Assembly: GCF_006345805.1 (NCBI RefSeq)
Contig: NC_043026.1
Span: forward strand, 2,108,001-2,172,000
Direction: 5' to 3'
DNA length: 64,000 nucleotides
Source of the DNA: Octopus sinensis
Lineage: Eukaryota
Part shown: positions 1 to 13,302 of the stretch, one piece after another
How the letters are laid out: every line of letters begins with the position of its first letter
How positions within the stretch are numbered: position 1 is the stretch's first letter
Notes under the pieces: model-generated
What the model was told of the DNA's origin: nothing
Seen by the model: the letters and a program-made list of their open reading frames with translations, nothing else
Database searches by the model: none
Program-made: the position numbers and the translations under genes

Positions 1-35
<35 letters not shown>

Positions 36-398
36 ATGTACATATATGCATTTATATATATATATGTATATATATGTATATATATATATATATATATATA
101 CATACAAACATGTGTGTGTGTGTGAGTACATGTGTGAGTGTGTGCGTGTGTAAATATATATATATATATATATACTCTTTTTACTCTTTTACTTGTTTCA
201 GTCATTTGACAGTGGCCATGCTGGAGCACCGCCTTTAGTTGAGCACATCGAACCCAGGTTTTATTCTTTGTAAACATAGTGCTTATTCTATCGGTCTCTT
301 TTGCTGAACTGGTAAGTTACGGGGATGTAAACACACCAGCATCAGTTGTCAAGCGTTGTTGGAGGGGCAAAAACAGACACACAAACATACACACACAC

Positions 399-477
<79 letters not shown>

Positions 478-574
478 TTAATATTTGAGGGAATAAAATC
501 CAAAACTTACAAGGAAAAAAAATTCAATTTAGAAATACTAAATCAAATTTCACACAATATAATATTTATATAAA

Positions 575-884
575 AAATTAGAAAAAAACACCTTTTATCA
601 ATTCAAAATGAACAATTAAATTACACCATCCAGAAAATTACATATATAGAAATATTAAAATTAAAATAACAATAAAACATCAAATAGCAAAAAAAAAAAT
701 AATAATAACTTAAGTTATTCTACAATTTAAATAAGTCATTATTATTATTTATTTTTTTGCAATTTACTTAATCTTTGACATTTTATTGTTATTTTAATTT
801 TAATATTTCTATAATATGAAATTTTCTAGATGGTGTAATTTAATTGTTCATTTTGAATTGATAAAAGGTGTTTTTTTCTAATTT
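575..884. repeat. About 110-bp imperfect inverted repeat
   Basis: 575-684 vs 774-884. Confidence 0.9.
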
Positions 885-2014
885 ATATATATATATGTAT
901 GTATATATATATGTATATGTATGTATATATATATATACACACATATATACATGCGATGGAATTCTTCCAGTTTCCGTTTACCAAATCCCCCCAACATGTC
1001 TTTGGTTGGCCCGAGGCTATAGTAGAAGACACTTGCCCTAGATGCTATGCAGTAGGACTGAACCCGGAACCATGTAGTTCTAAGCAGGCTACTTACCAAC
1101 AGCCACTCCTACACCTATACACATATACACACACATATATGCATATATATATACATATTTTTATATACATATATAGATGGTGTGATGGGTAAATTGTTGC
1201 CATTTCATAATTTTAATTTTGAGCATGTGTATTGTTTGTCTCTGATTTTGCCGACTACACAGTATGGGAGGGTCAGTTGGGCACTGTCTGTGAGAAAAAC
1301 AGCCCCATGACACAATTCACTCGGCCAGAAATTTGGAAATGACATGCTGCACTGCTTGAGGAAATTCTGAACTACAGACCCTCAAGTGACTACATATATA
1401 ATGAATCTGTGATTATGTAGATCAGAAAAAGGCGAAACAATTTGTTGGCCTTTTATGGTTTTTATAATTATTTATGTTATAGAATATTATATTATGTTAT
1501 ATATTATATTCATATTATGGAGATGTACTTGCATAGCAAGTGACTTGATCTGAGATCATGTGCTGGAACGAAAACAATTGCAGCGTGGAAGGTGTTTGTA
1601 AGCCATTTAAGAAACACACAAAAACCGTTAGATTCACTTCAACATTTAAATTTAATTTGTCAAAATATTTTCGTCGCTTTTTACACATATATACACATAT
1701 GCAAGCTTATGCAATGAAGTAATTATGTATGTATTTATATATATGTGTGCATTGGTACGAGTGCATATGTTTTTTTTGTGTGTATATACCTGTTCACTGA
1801 CAAAGCTGCATCTCAGTTTTGTCAGGTCGCGGTCTCAAAGTGACAAAAATACTTTGACAAATTAAATTTATATGTTGAAGTGAATCTAACGTTTTTTTGT
1901 GTGTTTCTTAAATGGCTTATAGTATTTAATGTAATATTGTAATATAAATAAATTATTGGATTGTCTATAGAATATCTCTATATCAAATTTATCTTTATAT
2001 ATATATATATATAT

Positions 2015-2059
2015 ATATATCTGAAGAATCCACTAGAGTGGATGCAAGCGCTAATATAT
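2015..2059 (+). ncRNA. Minimal type I hammerhead motif with an A13C change
   Basis: (TA)n-CTGAAGA-ATCCAC/GTGGAT-GCAA-GCGC-TA-ATATAT. Confidence 0.65.
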
Positions 2060-2147
2060 GATTTATAAAAACATGTGATATATTAATAAAAATTTGTAAA
2101 TATAAAACCATCCAGATTTCTGAGTACCTCATTTTTTCTAATATATA

Positions 2148-2851
2148 TGTAGTGGATCTTGCAAGCATGAAGTGGATTCAATCCACCACAGCCAAATTTA
2201 AATTAACACTGCAACAGAACTGTTCCCACGGTGGAACAATGGTTTTTCTCTGACAGCAGTTTTACATTTCCCAGATGCCTTTAGCTAGGCCGAAATAATG
2301 TCTTCACTTGACCCTTTCTAACCTCTTCTACTACACCAAAAGCTAGAATAGGGATAACAAGACCACCAACTAAATCTATTGTTCTCAATGATATATCTAT
2401 CCTTCTGGATAGTTATATAAGCAAGCATACCCCAAGCAAAAATCAGTTAGTCACAGTCGGTGACAGTTCAATGAAGTCTGGCTGACCAACCTTGGTCAGA
2501 GGGAGAAATGTAGTTTACTATCAGCAACTGCGAGACAACGTCCCATGCCCCACAACTCACATTAGTTCTAATTCTGTTCTCTTACAACATCATCCTGTCT
2601 CTCTCAGCAATTACTACTACTAAACAATGAAGAGGACACAAACACAAACTTTACTTCGCATGCTTTTTGATCTATTATAACCTGTTCATCGAGGCAAGGT
2701 ATTGTAACGTAATGGTAAATAAACATTTCCTTAAAACTTCATGCATTGTTCATCTTTCACTTCCTACAGTATGCAATTATAACAACAACTTTTTGTCATC
2801 ACAACTGCTGACTCCAACATATTCACAATATTGTTACAATTGGTGACCCCG
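2148..2851 (+). mobile_element. LTR 3' end followed by a tRNA-Trp primer-binding site (Gypsy-like remnant)
   Basis: ...TGTTACA at 2832-2838, 2 nt, then TGGTGACCCCG at 2841-2851. AATAAA at 2717. Left LTR boundary uncertain (TGTAG 2148 or TGTAAC 2703). Confidence 0.55.
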
Positions 2852-3539
2852 TATATATACGACGAGCTTCTTTCACTTTCCATCTACCAAATCCACTCAC
2901 AAGAATTTGGTTGGCCCAAGGCTATAGTAGAAGACACTTGCCCAAGGCGCCACGCAGTGGGACTGAACCAATAGCCATGTGGTTGATAAGCGAGCTACTT
3001 ACCACACAGCCACTCCTGCACCTGTATATATATTTATATATAGAAACACACACACACCAACACACAGACACACACACACCAACGCACACACACACACATA
3101 TATATATGCTACAGACTTCTTTGAGTTTCCATCAACCACATCCACTCACAAGGCTTCTTTGGTCAGCCTGGGGCTATAGTAGAAGAACTTGCCCAAGACT
3201 ACAGTGTTGGAAAGCAAGCTTCTTAACAAATAAAAGGAGAACATAAAAACTGGTTGACTGGTAAAATGTTTAAGCAATGATAAAATAACTGGCAGGAATG
3301 ATAGCATTTTTCACATTCTGAAAGGAAACCCTGTTGAAATCCCCTTTTCATCCCTCCAGAGTCGATAGATAAAGCATCAGTCATATACTCAGCTGAAAAA
3401 AAAAAATCACTCCAGAAATGTGACTTTGCAGAAGAACGATAAGGAATCCATGGCCACCAACAGGTTTGAAGAGAGGCAACAAGCAGTACCTGAAGGGAGC
3501 CAAATGAAAGATGAGCCGGCCAATTGGGAAAGCAGGAGG

Positions 3540-4430
3540 CAATAATGGCTAGATCTAACACAGCAGAGCGTTTCATCGTGTGTCCAGAATGCGTTCACCA
3601 TTATGCGTATGACTATGGCCTCAGATCCCACGAGGGGATATACAAATGAACAAAGTGTTAGGTTGGACTTGATCGACCAAATATATACTCAGCTCCAGTG
3701 TGAGCCACGGGAGACAACTGTGTGAAGGTCAGGGGGAATAACTCAGTGTCTTCACGGTATTGTTGAATGCAGTGGTTTCTGGATAGAGGTTGTATATTTG
3801 GTGTCTGGCAGTTGCACCTTGGTGTTCTACCGCGCTGTCGGGCTAGGACTCAATATAGGAAAGTGTGCGTGGTTCTCCATCCACGGCTGGGGCAAGTCCT
3901 ATTGAAATAATGCGGCGAGCTGGCAGAATCATTTAGCACGCCGGGCGAAATGCTTAGCGGTATTTCGTCTGCCGTTACGTTCTGAGTTCAAATTCCGCCG
4001 AGGTCGATTTTGCCTTTCATCCTTTCGGAGTCGATTAAATAAGTACCAGTTAGGCACTGGGGTCGATGTAATCGGCTTAATACCTATGTCAGTCCTTGTT
4101 TGTCCCTCTATGTTTAGCCCCTTGGGGATAATAAAGAAATAGGTATCACGTTGAAAAAGGTAGAACCGGGAGAGAGGGTGTCCTACCTAGGTCTTAATGT
4201 TCCTACGTGGAATTCGAACTCGAGTCGGGAGTTTAGTTTAGATTCGGTGGAGCAGGTGTCCCTGGATATCAAGAAGATAAGCAGGGCTCCACTGAAACCC
4301 CGACAGAAATTCCTCTTGCTGCAGCATTATTACCTGCCAAGATTTCTTTATGGCCTTGTGCAGGTCCTGCCGTCAAGAGGAATTCTTGAGTAAGATAGTC
4401 GGGTGAACAGGCAGGCGGACTAGCATTCAT
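3540..4430 (+). mobile_element. R2-like non-LTR RT fragment interrupted by a SINE
   Basis: WLDL..RAFHRVS, FYRAVGLGLNIGKC, SYLG and LKPRQKFLLLQHYYLPRFLYGL in order, with stops and frameshifts. Confidence 0.65.
3912..4146 (+). mobile_element. tRNA-derived SINE family 2
   Basis: GCGGCGAGCTGGCAGAA...GAGTTCAAATTCCGCCGAGGTCGA...GTACCAGT..CACTGGGGTCGATGTAATC; splits the R2-like fragment. Confidence 0.9.
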
Positions 4431-6186
4431 TCAACACTCAATCTCTCATTTGATGGTTCCTAGCGCCACACTTGGTACCCCACTTCAGCTGCTGGGCCAA
4501 ACCAAGTGAAGGTATGCTGTTAACTTTGTACCAGTAAACAATAGACTCCAAAGTAACATTTCCCAAGGGCTGAAGAACCTGCTCAGGCCAACGGCCTAGT
4601 GTTCGGTGCCAAGGCGTATCTCAGGTAGAGGTATACAGTTAAGGTTAACAGCTTGGAGAGGAATGGGCGCCGCTAAGCTAGCTTATCCATGAAACATTCA
4701 AGGAGATGACAACCCGAACAGAACCCCCACCAGATGAGCAGCTGCCTGGGTTAACATCAAGGAGGGGGACAGGGTTTTGAATTTGCTGGCTCACAGACGG
4801 TAGCAGAAGACAGAGGTAAGTGGCAACATCTGGTTGTCAGTGAATGTCCCCAATGACCAAAAGGGCAGGAAGAAAAAGAAAATGAAAGAAATGGAGTAGG
4901 GTGGAGCTAGGGCGAGTAACATACTCTCATCTGACTGGCACGCTGTCAGTTACAACGACACGGGTTCCAGTTGATCCGATCAACAGAACAGCCAGCTTGT
5001 GAAACGAATGTGCAAGTGGCTGAGTACTCCACAGACACACATATCCTTTATGTAGTTCTTGAGGAGATTCAGCGTGACACAGAATGTTACAAAGCTGGCC
5101 CTTTTGAAACACAGGTACAACTCATTTGTGCCAGCTGAGTGGACTGGAGTAACGTGAAATAAAGTGTCTTGCTTAAGGACACAATGCGTTGCTGGGAATT
5201 GAACTTACGACCTTACAATTGTGAGCTGAATACCCAAACCACTAAGCCACATGTCTTCACTATTCTTTTCTAGTATGCCACAGATACCAAATAACCTAAG
5301 GAACATCAAGGAGGGGAACAGGGATTGAGCATTGCCCGTTGAATTCGAACTTGTTCAGCCAAATCCCAGTGATGGCCATTTCTGCTGTCATGGAAATGGC
5401 ATTTGTGAGATCGTACTCCTGGCCATTGCCAGAATCATGATGTCCGAATGTTGGGCCTCATGGAAGCAATGACAAGTGACCGGGCCCTTTGTTGGTGATA
5501 TGCAGGGCTTGAGAAGACTTGTCAAGTGGAATCATAGTTGTGGCCATTGCCAGTGGTATGTAAAAGGCACCCACTACACTCTTGGAGTGGTTGGCATTAG
5601 GAAGGGTGTCCAACTGTAGAAACCAAGCAAGATCAGCCTGGAGCCTGGTGCAGCCATCTGGCTTACCAGTTCCAGTCAAGCCATCTAACCCATGCCAGCA
5701 TGGAAAGCAGATGTTAATGATGATGTTTTAATGTTTATTTCTCCGTTTTTGCATGGATTGGATGACTTCTTTTAAGTCAGATCTGCTACAGTCGGATGCC
5801 TTTCCTGTCAACAACCCTCACCTGTTTCCAAGCAAGATAGCATTTCCCCATGGCTAGACATGATTCTCCCGTAGAATAGGTTCGAATGCTGGCACCAGGC
5901 TAGTAATTTCAGAAGAGGGAGTAAATATCGATTACATCAATCTACAGGGTTCAACTGGTACTCCTTCCATTGACCCTGCAAGGATGAAACACAAAGTGAA
6001 CCTCAATGGAATTTGAACTCAGAAGGTAAAGACAGATGAAATGCCACCAAGCATTTTGTGTGACATGCTAACAACTCTGCCAATTCCCAGCCTTAGATCT
6101 TCCCATGATATTGGAAAGGAATATCACTGCTAATGAGACAGTGACACTCATTTACTACAACTCTCTTGAAATGTCAAGCAAGACAA

Positions 6187-6227
<41 letters not shown>

Positions 6228-7003
6228 AACGCACACACACATACACACGCACACATATGTATATATCATCCAGTGCCCCCACCCCTCTCGTAATTCCTTG
6301 TCTTGCAAGTTACTTGGTGACCCTACTGGTGCTGGTGCCACATAAAAAGCATTCAATCCACACTGTAGAGTGGTTGGCATTTGGAAGGGCATCCAGCCAT
6401 AAAAACCATGCCAAAACTGACCTTGCCTTGTGCTGGTGTCACGTAAAATGCACTGAGTCCACTCTGCAGGGTGGGTGGTGTTAGGAAGGGCATCTAACAG
6501 TCAAATCCCTACCAAAACAGACACAGTAGCTTAGGGTAGTTCTTCTACCTGGCCAGCTCCTGTCAAACCATCCAACTCACGTGGTTGAAAAGCAATCTTT
6601 TCACTATACAGCCATGCCTATGCTTAAGGCTTCTTTCAGTTTCCATCCCTCAAGTCTTCTCACAAGTAGAAGACACTTGCCTACGAAGCCACATAGTGAG
6701 ACTGAACTCGAAACCCTGTGGCTGGGAAGCAGACCTCTAAACCAGAGCCATGCCTCGGCCCATAACACAATAAAACATTTAAAAAAGTGACCTCTGCTGC
6801 TAAATAATGCTAACAGGTTTCATTGGGTTAATGGAACCTGCATAGCTGGACATTTCCCAGACTGTTTTCCTTCTGAAGACAGGCCTTTGCACCTGAAATA
6901 TAAAGGTTTCACAAAACTTTGCACATTATCAGAAGCATTTTATTTCCCTCTTTTTTACCTTCTTTGATAAAAAGAAAAGATAAAAGAGCCCCAAACAACA
7001 TAC

Positions 7004-7263
7004 TTGACACATCTTCGGTAAACCATTTTCCAGTCAATCTCGCACTCGTCAGCTTCCTTTGGAATAAATACCAAAAGTTGGTCGTTGTTGAAATTATAAA
7101 AACACAGCTGCTTCCATAGGATCTTCTCTTCGGACAGTTCGTAGATGAAGCTGTTTGTGAGACCAGTGTGGACAATGTCCTTGTGGTCGTTGAGCCGGAG
7201 CAGGATGTCTCGGATGCAGTCTTCTGGCAGGTCGCTAAAGGTCAGCTTGCCATCATTTTCTCG
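7004..7263 (-). CDS. FBXO32: FBXO32/25 coding exon 6, F-box domain (260 nt); gene incomplete at 3' end
   Basis: Acceptor cttcctcacatgcag|, donor AA|gtatgt. RENDGKLTFSDLPEDCIRDILLRL...LSEEKILWKQLC...IDWKMVY matches the F-box and LSED.LLWK.LC motifs. No downstream exon (expected LC..C..L.W, HPC) was found in 1-7003. Confidence 0.95.
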
Positions 7264-7269
7264 CTGCAT

Positions 7270-8985
7270 GTGAGGAAGAATGAGAAAGTGAGAGTGAAGG
7301 AGAGTGAGAGGGGGGCATCAAGTGAGGAAGAGTGATAGGGATGAAGAGAGAGAGAGAGAGGGAGAGAAAGAGTGAGTGGTAGGGAGTATGAGTGAGTTAG
7401 GGAGGATGACAGGAGAGTATGAGTGTAAGGGTGAGTGAGAGAAAGAGCAACGTAGAGAGGTGGAGAAGGAGAGGAAAGAGAGTGGGAGGGAGAGAAGAAT
7501 AGAAAGAGGAAGAGAGAGGAGAAAGAGAGGAAAAGTAAAAGAGAGAGAGAGAGAGATGAGAGAAAGAACAAGACAAAGGAGAGTAGAAAAAGAGGAAGAA
7601 AGGAAAATAAAGGAGAGAGGGAGAGAGAGAGGAAGGGAGAAAGGAAGAGTGAGGGAAGAGAAAAAGAGAAGAGAGAGGAGGGGGAGAAACAGAGAGCAAA
7701 GGAGAGAGAGAGAGGGAGAAAAGAAGAGACAGAGAAAGGAAGAGAAAGAGGAGAGGAAGAGGGAAAAGAGGATGAGAGGAAGAGAAAGGAGTAGAGAGAG
7801 AGAGAGAGATAAGCAAGAGTAGTGGTGGTTGTGGTGGTTGTGGTGGTGGTGGTGGTGGTTGTTGTGGTGGTGGTGGTGGTAGTGGTGGTGGTTGTGGTGG
7901 TGGTTGTGGTGGTGGTTGTGTGTTGGTGGTGGTTGTGGTGGTGGTGGTGGTGGTGGTGGTGTTGGTGGTGGTTGTGGTGGTGGTGGTGGTTGTGGTGGTG
8001 GTTGTGGTGGTGGTTGTGGTGGTGGTGGTGGTGGTTGTGGTGGTGGTGGTGGTGGTGGTAGTGGTGGTGGTTGTGGTTGTGGTGGTGGTTGTGGTGGTGG
8101 TGGTGGTTGGTGGTGGTGGTGGTGGTGGTTGTGGTGGTGGTGGTGGTTGTGGTGGTGGTTGTGGTGGTGGTTGTGGTGGTGGTGGTGTGGTGGTGGTGGT
8201 GGTGGTGGTGGTAGTGGTGGTGGTTGTGGTGGTGGTGTGGTGGTGTTGTAGTTGGTGGTGGTTGTGGTGGTGTTGTAGTTGGTGGTGGTTGTGGTGGTGG
8301 TGGTTGGTGGTGGTTGTGGTGGTGTTGGAGTTGGTGGTGGTTGTGGTGGTGTTGGAGTTGGTGGTGGTTGTGGTGGTGGTGGTGGTTGTGGTTGTGTTGG
8401 TGGTGGTGGTGGTGGTGGTTGTGGTGGTGGTGGTTGTGGTGGTGGTGATAGTGGTGGTGGTGTGTGGTGGTTGTGTGGTGGTGGTTGTGGTGGTGGTGGT
8501 GGTTGTGGTGGTGGTGGTAGTGGTGGTGTGGTGTGGTGGTGGTTGTGGTGGTGGTGGTGGTAGTGGTGGTGGTGGGTGGTGGTGGGTGGTGGTGGTGGTG
8601 GTTGTGGTGGTGGTTGGTTGTGTGTGTGGTGGTGGTTGTGGTGGTGGTGTGTGGTGGTGGTGGTGTGGTGGTGTGGTGTGGTTGTTGGTGGTGGTGGTGG
8701 TGGTGGTGGTGGTGGTTGTGGTGGTGGTGGTGTGGTTGGTGTTGTGGTTTGGGTGGTGGTGGTAGTGGTGGTGGTTGTGGTGGTTTGTGGTTGTGGTGGT
8801 GGTTGTGGTGGTGGTAGTGGTGGTGGTTGTGGTGGTGGTGGTGGTGGTAGTGGTGGTGATTGTGGTGGTGGTTGTGGTGGTGGTTGTGGTGGTGGTGGTA
8901 GTGGTGGTGGTGGTTGTGGTGGTGGTTGTGGTGGTGGTGGTGGTTGTGGTGGTGGTTGTGGTGGTGAGTTACTGGTGAGTTACTG
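7270..8985. repeat. (GA)-rich tract (7270-7820) followed by (GGT/TGT)n
   Basis: Simple repeat; source of the poly-H/T/V/G pseudo-ORFs. Confidence 0.98.
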
Positions 8986-9995
8986 AATTTTGTCTTCATT
9001 AACTTTTTCACTTTGCAATTTCTTGGTTATTCCAGAATTTATGTGAAATATCTCCCAAAATAGAACTGGTATTTTCTGCAAATCACATTGCCTCAATAAA
9101 GTTGAGATATTTTCAGAGAAAATAGTTTCAAACTTAAAGGTAATGAAATTTTGAGTGGATATGGCTGCTTTTTGCTATAAAATTGTTAAATAACAATTTT
9201 ACAGGGTTATTATGTATATTAACACTTTCACTGTGAAACTAAATTTCACGGTTATTCCAGGAATTATGTTAAATATCAAGCATAGAATAGAGTTGGTATT
9301 TTCTGCAAGTTGCATTGCCTCATTAAACTTGAAAATAGTTTCAGACATTCCTCAACAAAAGATAGATTGATATATTAAACTGCTTCCTGAAGTTGAGGGC
9401 AAAGAAACTAAGAAGAGGAGGAAGAGGACGGCGATGACGATGACGACGACCAGGCATTGGCTCTCATGGCTTCTGATCTTAACTGATTGGAAGTGTTATC
9501 ATGAACATTGTTTTATCTTGGTACTAAAAGATGGGCTACAGCAAATATTCTGCTCAATACCACAGATTTGCTTGTCAGTTGTTTGACCTTAACCAGTTGG
9601 GCATGTTCCTTAGTGGCTGACGATATGTGCATCTCTGATCACGAGCAGAAGTAATGGGGGAGCATCATAGCCATGTGTTGAGAGGGATTCTTTTGGGGTT
9701 TGGATAATTCACCTCTGGAAACACGGGTGTCTCTTTCAACATCCTTAAACAATCCTTATTCAGGGACCTTTTGAGCGGGATGGGTTACTCAACCCGAAGA
9801 AACTTCTAACTGGGCCCCACCTGCAAGGTCATGCGCTGCTTATCTTGATATGAGATCACCATGTCACGCACATATGGTTGTGAGGCATGTGCCTAGTGTT
9901 CCCTTATCAGATGGGTAGCCATGATGGGTATACTGGGCTTCGTATATTTTACCCCAGTGTCACTTTGATGGCATACACTGCTCTCTCACTCACTC

Positions 9996-10040
<45 letters not shown>

Positions 10041-10736
10041 CCTTTCTACTGGAAGCATAAGACCTGAAATTTGGTGGGGAGGAGATAAGTCAATTACATC
10101 AATCCCAGTGTTTCACTGGTACCTAATTCATTGCCCCCAAAAGGATGAAAGGCAAAGTTGACCTCGGTGGAATTTGAACTCAGAACATAAAGTCAGATGA
10201 AATACCACTAAGCATTTCGCCTGGCTTGCTAATGATTCTGCCAGCTTGATGCCTTAATAATAATAATAATAATCCTTCCTACTGGAAGTACAAGGCTTCA
10301 AAATTAGGGGAAAGGATTAAGTCAGTTACATCGACCCCAGTGCATAACTGGTACTTATTTAATTGACTCCGAAAGGATCGAACAATATATTCCATGGAGG
10401 TTATGCGATTGTTTTATATTAAATAACATTAAAAAGATTGAATGGCATTATTTTATATTAACTCTTTCACTGTGAAATTAAACTTGATGGTCATTCCAGA
10501 AATGGTGTTAGATATCTGCCCAAAACATAGAATTTTGTATTTCCTGCAGGTCGTGATGCCTCAATAAACTTGACACCTTTCAATAAAAACTTGTTCCAAA
10601 CATGACATTCCTCATATAAAACTGCTTTCCACAGTTAAGGGTATGTGTAAAATATATTATTTGATTTCCATAGTAAAAGGGTCAAAGCTATCCCTCTCTC
10701 TCTCACCACCTGTCAAAACCTAATAATGCCTAGTAA

Positions 10737-12014
10737 TATGAAAAGTTTTGAGCCTAACCTAGAAACAGGACTGCTATATGGCCGAAACAGTTTTTTCTGG
10801 CAAGTACCGTCTTTTCGGAGTATTCTTGCTCATTTTCATGATTCTGATATTTTAATTTTTTCTGTTGCAGACTTTTGAATGAACAAGTGTCGAGGTTACA
10901 AGGAAAATGGAGAAAACTGAGTATTGTGCTGTCATAAAGTAGCTTCATTTGAAAGGCATGACTCCATCAGAAATCCATGAAGATATGGTGAGAACCTTAG
11001 CAGACAATGCTCCTTCATATGCAACAGCCAAATGCTGGGTAAATGAATTCCAGTGTGGTAGGGAGAGTGTGGAAGATGAGCCCAGACCAGGGAGACCTCC
11101 AACTGCAACCACCAAGGACAACCTTGACCTTGCTCTTGGTATGATAATGCAAGATCGCCAAACATCATGTCATCAGATAGCCAAGAGACTGGGCACCTCA
11201 ACTGAAAGAGCTGACAACATTGTGACAAAAGAACTTGGGTACTCAAAGGTTTCTGCAAGGTGGGTCCTTCACCTTTTGACTCTTCAACAGAAATGCACCA
11301 GGTGCACTTAGTCCATGAGCAATCTGGAACTGTTTGAAGCCGATGAAGAGAATTTCCTTGCTTGCTTCATTACTATGGACGAAAGTTGGGTTCATCACTT
11401 CCAGCCTGAAACCAAAGAACAATCAAAGCAGTGGAAGCACACATCTTCTCCTACCCCAAAGCAGGCCAGGGTCATTCCTTCAGCTGGCAAGGTCATGGCA
11501 TCGGTTTTGGCGATTCTCAAGGTGACTTGCTGATCGATTACCTTGAAAAGGGACACAACATGACAGGGCTGTATTATTCTCAGCTACTGAAATGCCTCCG
11601 AGACGCAATCAAAGAAAAAAGGCCGGGAATGCTCACCAGAGGAGTCCTTTTTCATCGCAACAATGCTCCAGCCCACACCTCAGTGGTTGCCATGGCAACA
11701 ATTCGTGAGTGTGGATACGAACTTGTCCCCCATCTGCCTTATTCGCCAGACTTAGCCCCCTCTGACTCTCATCTATTCCCCAAAATGCAAAAAGCCCTGG
11801 CAGGTTGCCATTTTGCCAGTGACAATGACGTCATAGGAAGTTTCTTGGAGTTTCAAATAAAGGAGTTCCTCTACGCCAGGATAATGGCGCTTCGGCACCG
11901 CTGGAGAAAGTGTTCAGCCATCGAGGGGGGGGGACTATGTTGAAAAATAAATCATCAGAAGTCTTGTACCATGTTTTGTTCTTTTGAGGCTCAAGACTTT
12001 TCATACACCCCTCG
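10737..12014 (+). mobile_element. Mariner (Tc1/mariner) transposon, decayed; transposase pseudogene about 10907-11943
   Basis: HTH region, WV(L)H, TMDESW, FHRNNAPAH, YSPDLAPSD. Two stops and one frameshift. Right TIR ends ...tcatacacccctcg followed by TA; left TIR tatgaaaagttttgagcct lacks its outer bases. Confidence 0.95.
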
Positions 12015-12590
12015 TAGAAGACACACATACATATATATATAGACATACATACATATAAGCACAAACACACACACACACACACACACACAACCATAGGGGT
12101 TTTCCAAAACACTCATAGGCACTTTCAGATGTACACACACACACCCAAGTGCTCATAAAACACTGATAAGAATGACTCAAATGCAGAGAGACAGACACAG
12201 GCCCCCACCATTCATATAAACATACACATACCGACATGCAGATACACTTAGACTCATACACTACACATGCAAAGAGGTACACACACACACATATTCACAC
12301 ACACCCACACATAGGTACATACATATGTGCATGTACATACAAAGACAGACGCATGTGTACATACCTACAAACACACATCCAGTCATACACACATGTACAT
12401 ATACATAATTGCACATCCACGCATATAAACATGTGTGTCCATATATATAAACATATATCCAGCATACCCATGTGTACACGTATACAAACGCACGTCTAGG
12501 CATATACACAGACGTGTGTACATACATACAAACACACATTAGGTATACATGTATGCATATGCATGAGTACAACCAGACATGCATGCAAAC

Positions 12591-12987
12591 ACTCTTTTAC
12601 TCTTTTACTTGTATCAGTCATTTGACTGTGGCCATGCTGGAGCACCGCCTTTAATCGAGCAACTCGACCCCGGGACTTATTCTTTTGTAAGCCCAGTACT
12701 TATTCTATCGGTCTCTTTTGCCGAACCGCTAAGTAACGGGGACATAAACACACCAGCATCGGTTGTCAAGCAATGCTAGGGGGACAAACATACACACACA
12801 CACACAAATATATATACATATATACGACAGGCTTCTTTCAGTTTCCGTCTACCAAATCCCCTCACAAGGCATTGGTCGGCCCGAGGCTATAGTAGAAGAC
12901 ACTTGCCCAAGGTGCCACGCAGAGGGACTGAACCCGGAACCATGTGGTTGGTTAGCAAGCTACTTACCACACAGCCACTCCTGCGCC
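12591..12987 (-). mobile_element. tRNA-derived SINE family 1, near full length
   Basis: Head GGCGCAGGAGTGGCTGTGTGG...GGTTCCGGGTTCAGTCCC, central GGCACCTTGGGCAAGTG, tail ...GAAACAAGTAAAAGAGT. More than 20 full or partial copies in the window. Confidence 0.9.
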
Positions 12988-13041
12988 TATATGCACACAC
13001 ACACACACACACACACACACAATTCCCAAATTAATACTGAC

Positions 13042-13211
13042 CTCTGTTAACTGGAATGTTTCCAGCTTCTTAATCATCCTGGCGACTGCATCATTGTGTT
13101 GTGCCCAAAGAGCTTGGCTCCCGATATGTGTATGAATGCCATCATTGAGGGCTTTTTGGGAAAGGTGTAGTAACCTGCGCACAGCCTCTAAGTTATACTC
13201 GAGTTTTAGAA
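13042..13211 (-). CDS. FBXO32: FBXO32/25 coding exon 5 (170 nt)
   Basis: Acceptor atttttcccag|, donor GAG|gtcagt. (V)LKLEYNLEAVRRLLHLSQKALNDGIHTHIGSQALWAQHNDAVARMIKKLETFQLTE; phase 1 to phase 0. Confidence 0.93.
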
Positions 13212-13255
13212 CTGGGAAAAATCAGAGAAGGGAAAAATATATTAACTGTTTATAA

Positions 13256-13302
<47 letters not shown>

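Noticed and set aside
6800-6893. Possible seventh FBXO exon after acceptor atttcag|G
   Set aside because: In-phase reading (CKGLSSEGKQSG...) shows no family similarity and soon stops.
7242-9011. 589-aa His/Thr/Ser-rich ORF and overlapping poly-V/G/W ORFs
   Set aside because: Translations of (GGT)n and (GA)n repeats inside an intron; open in several frames.
9613-9660. CTGACGA inside the 550-bp retroposon
   Set aside because: No stem II followed by GAAA; not a hammerhead.
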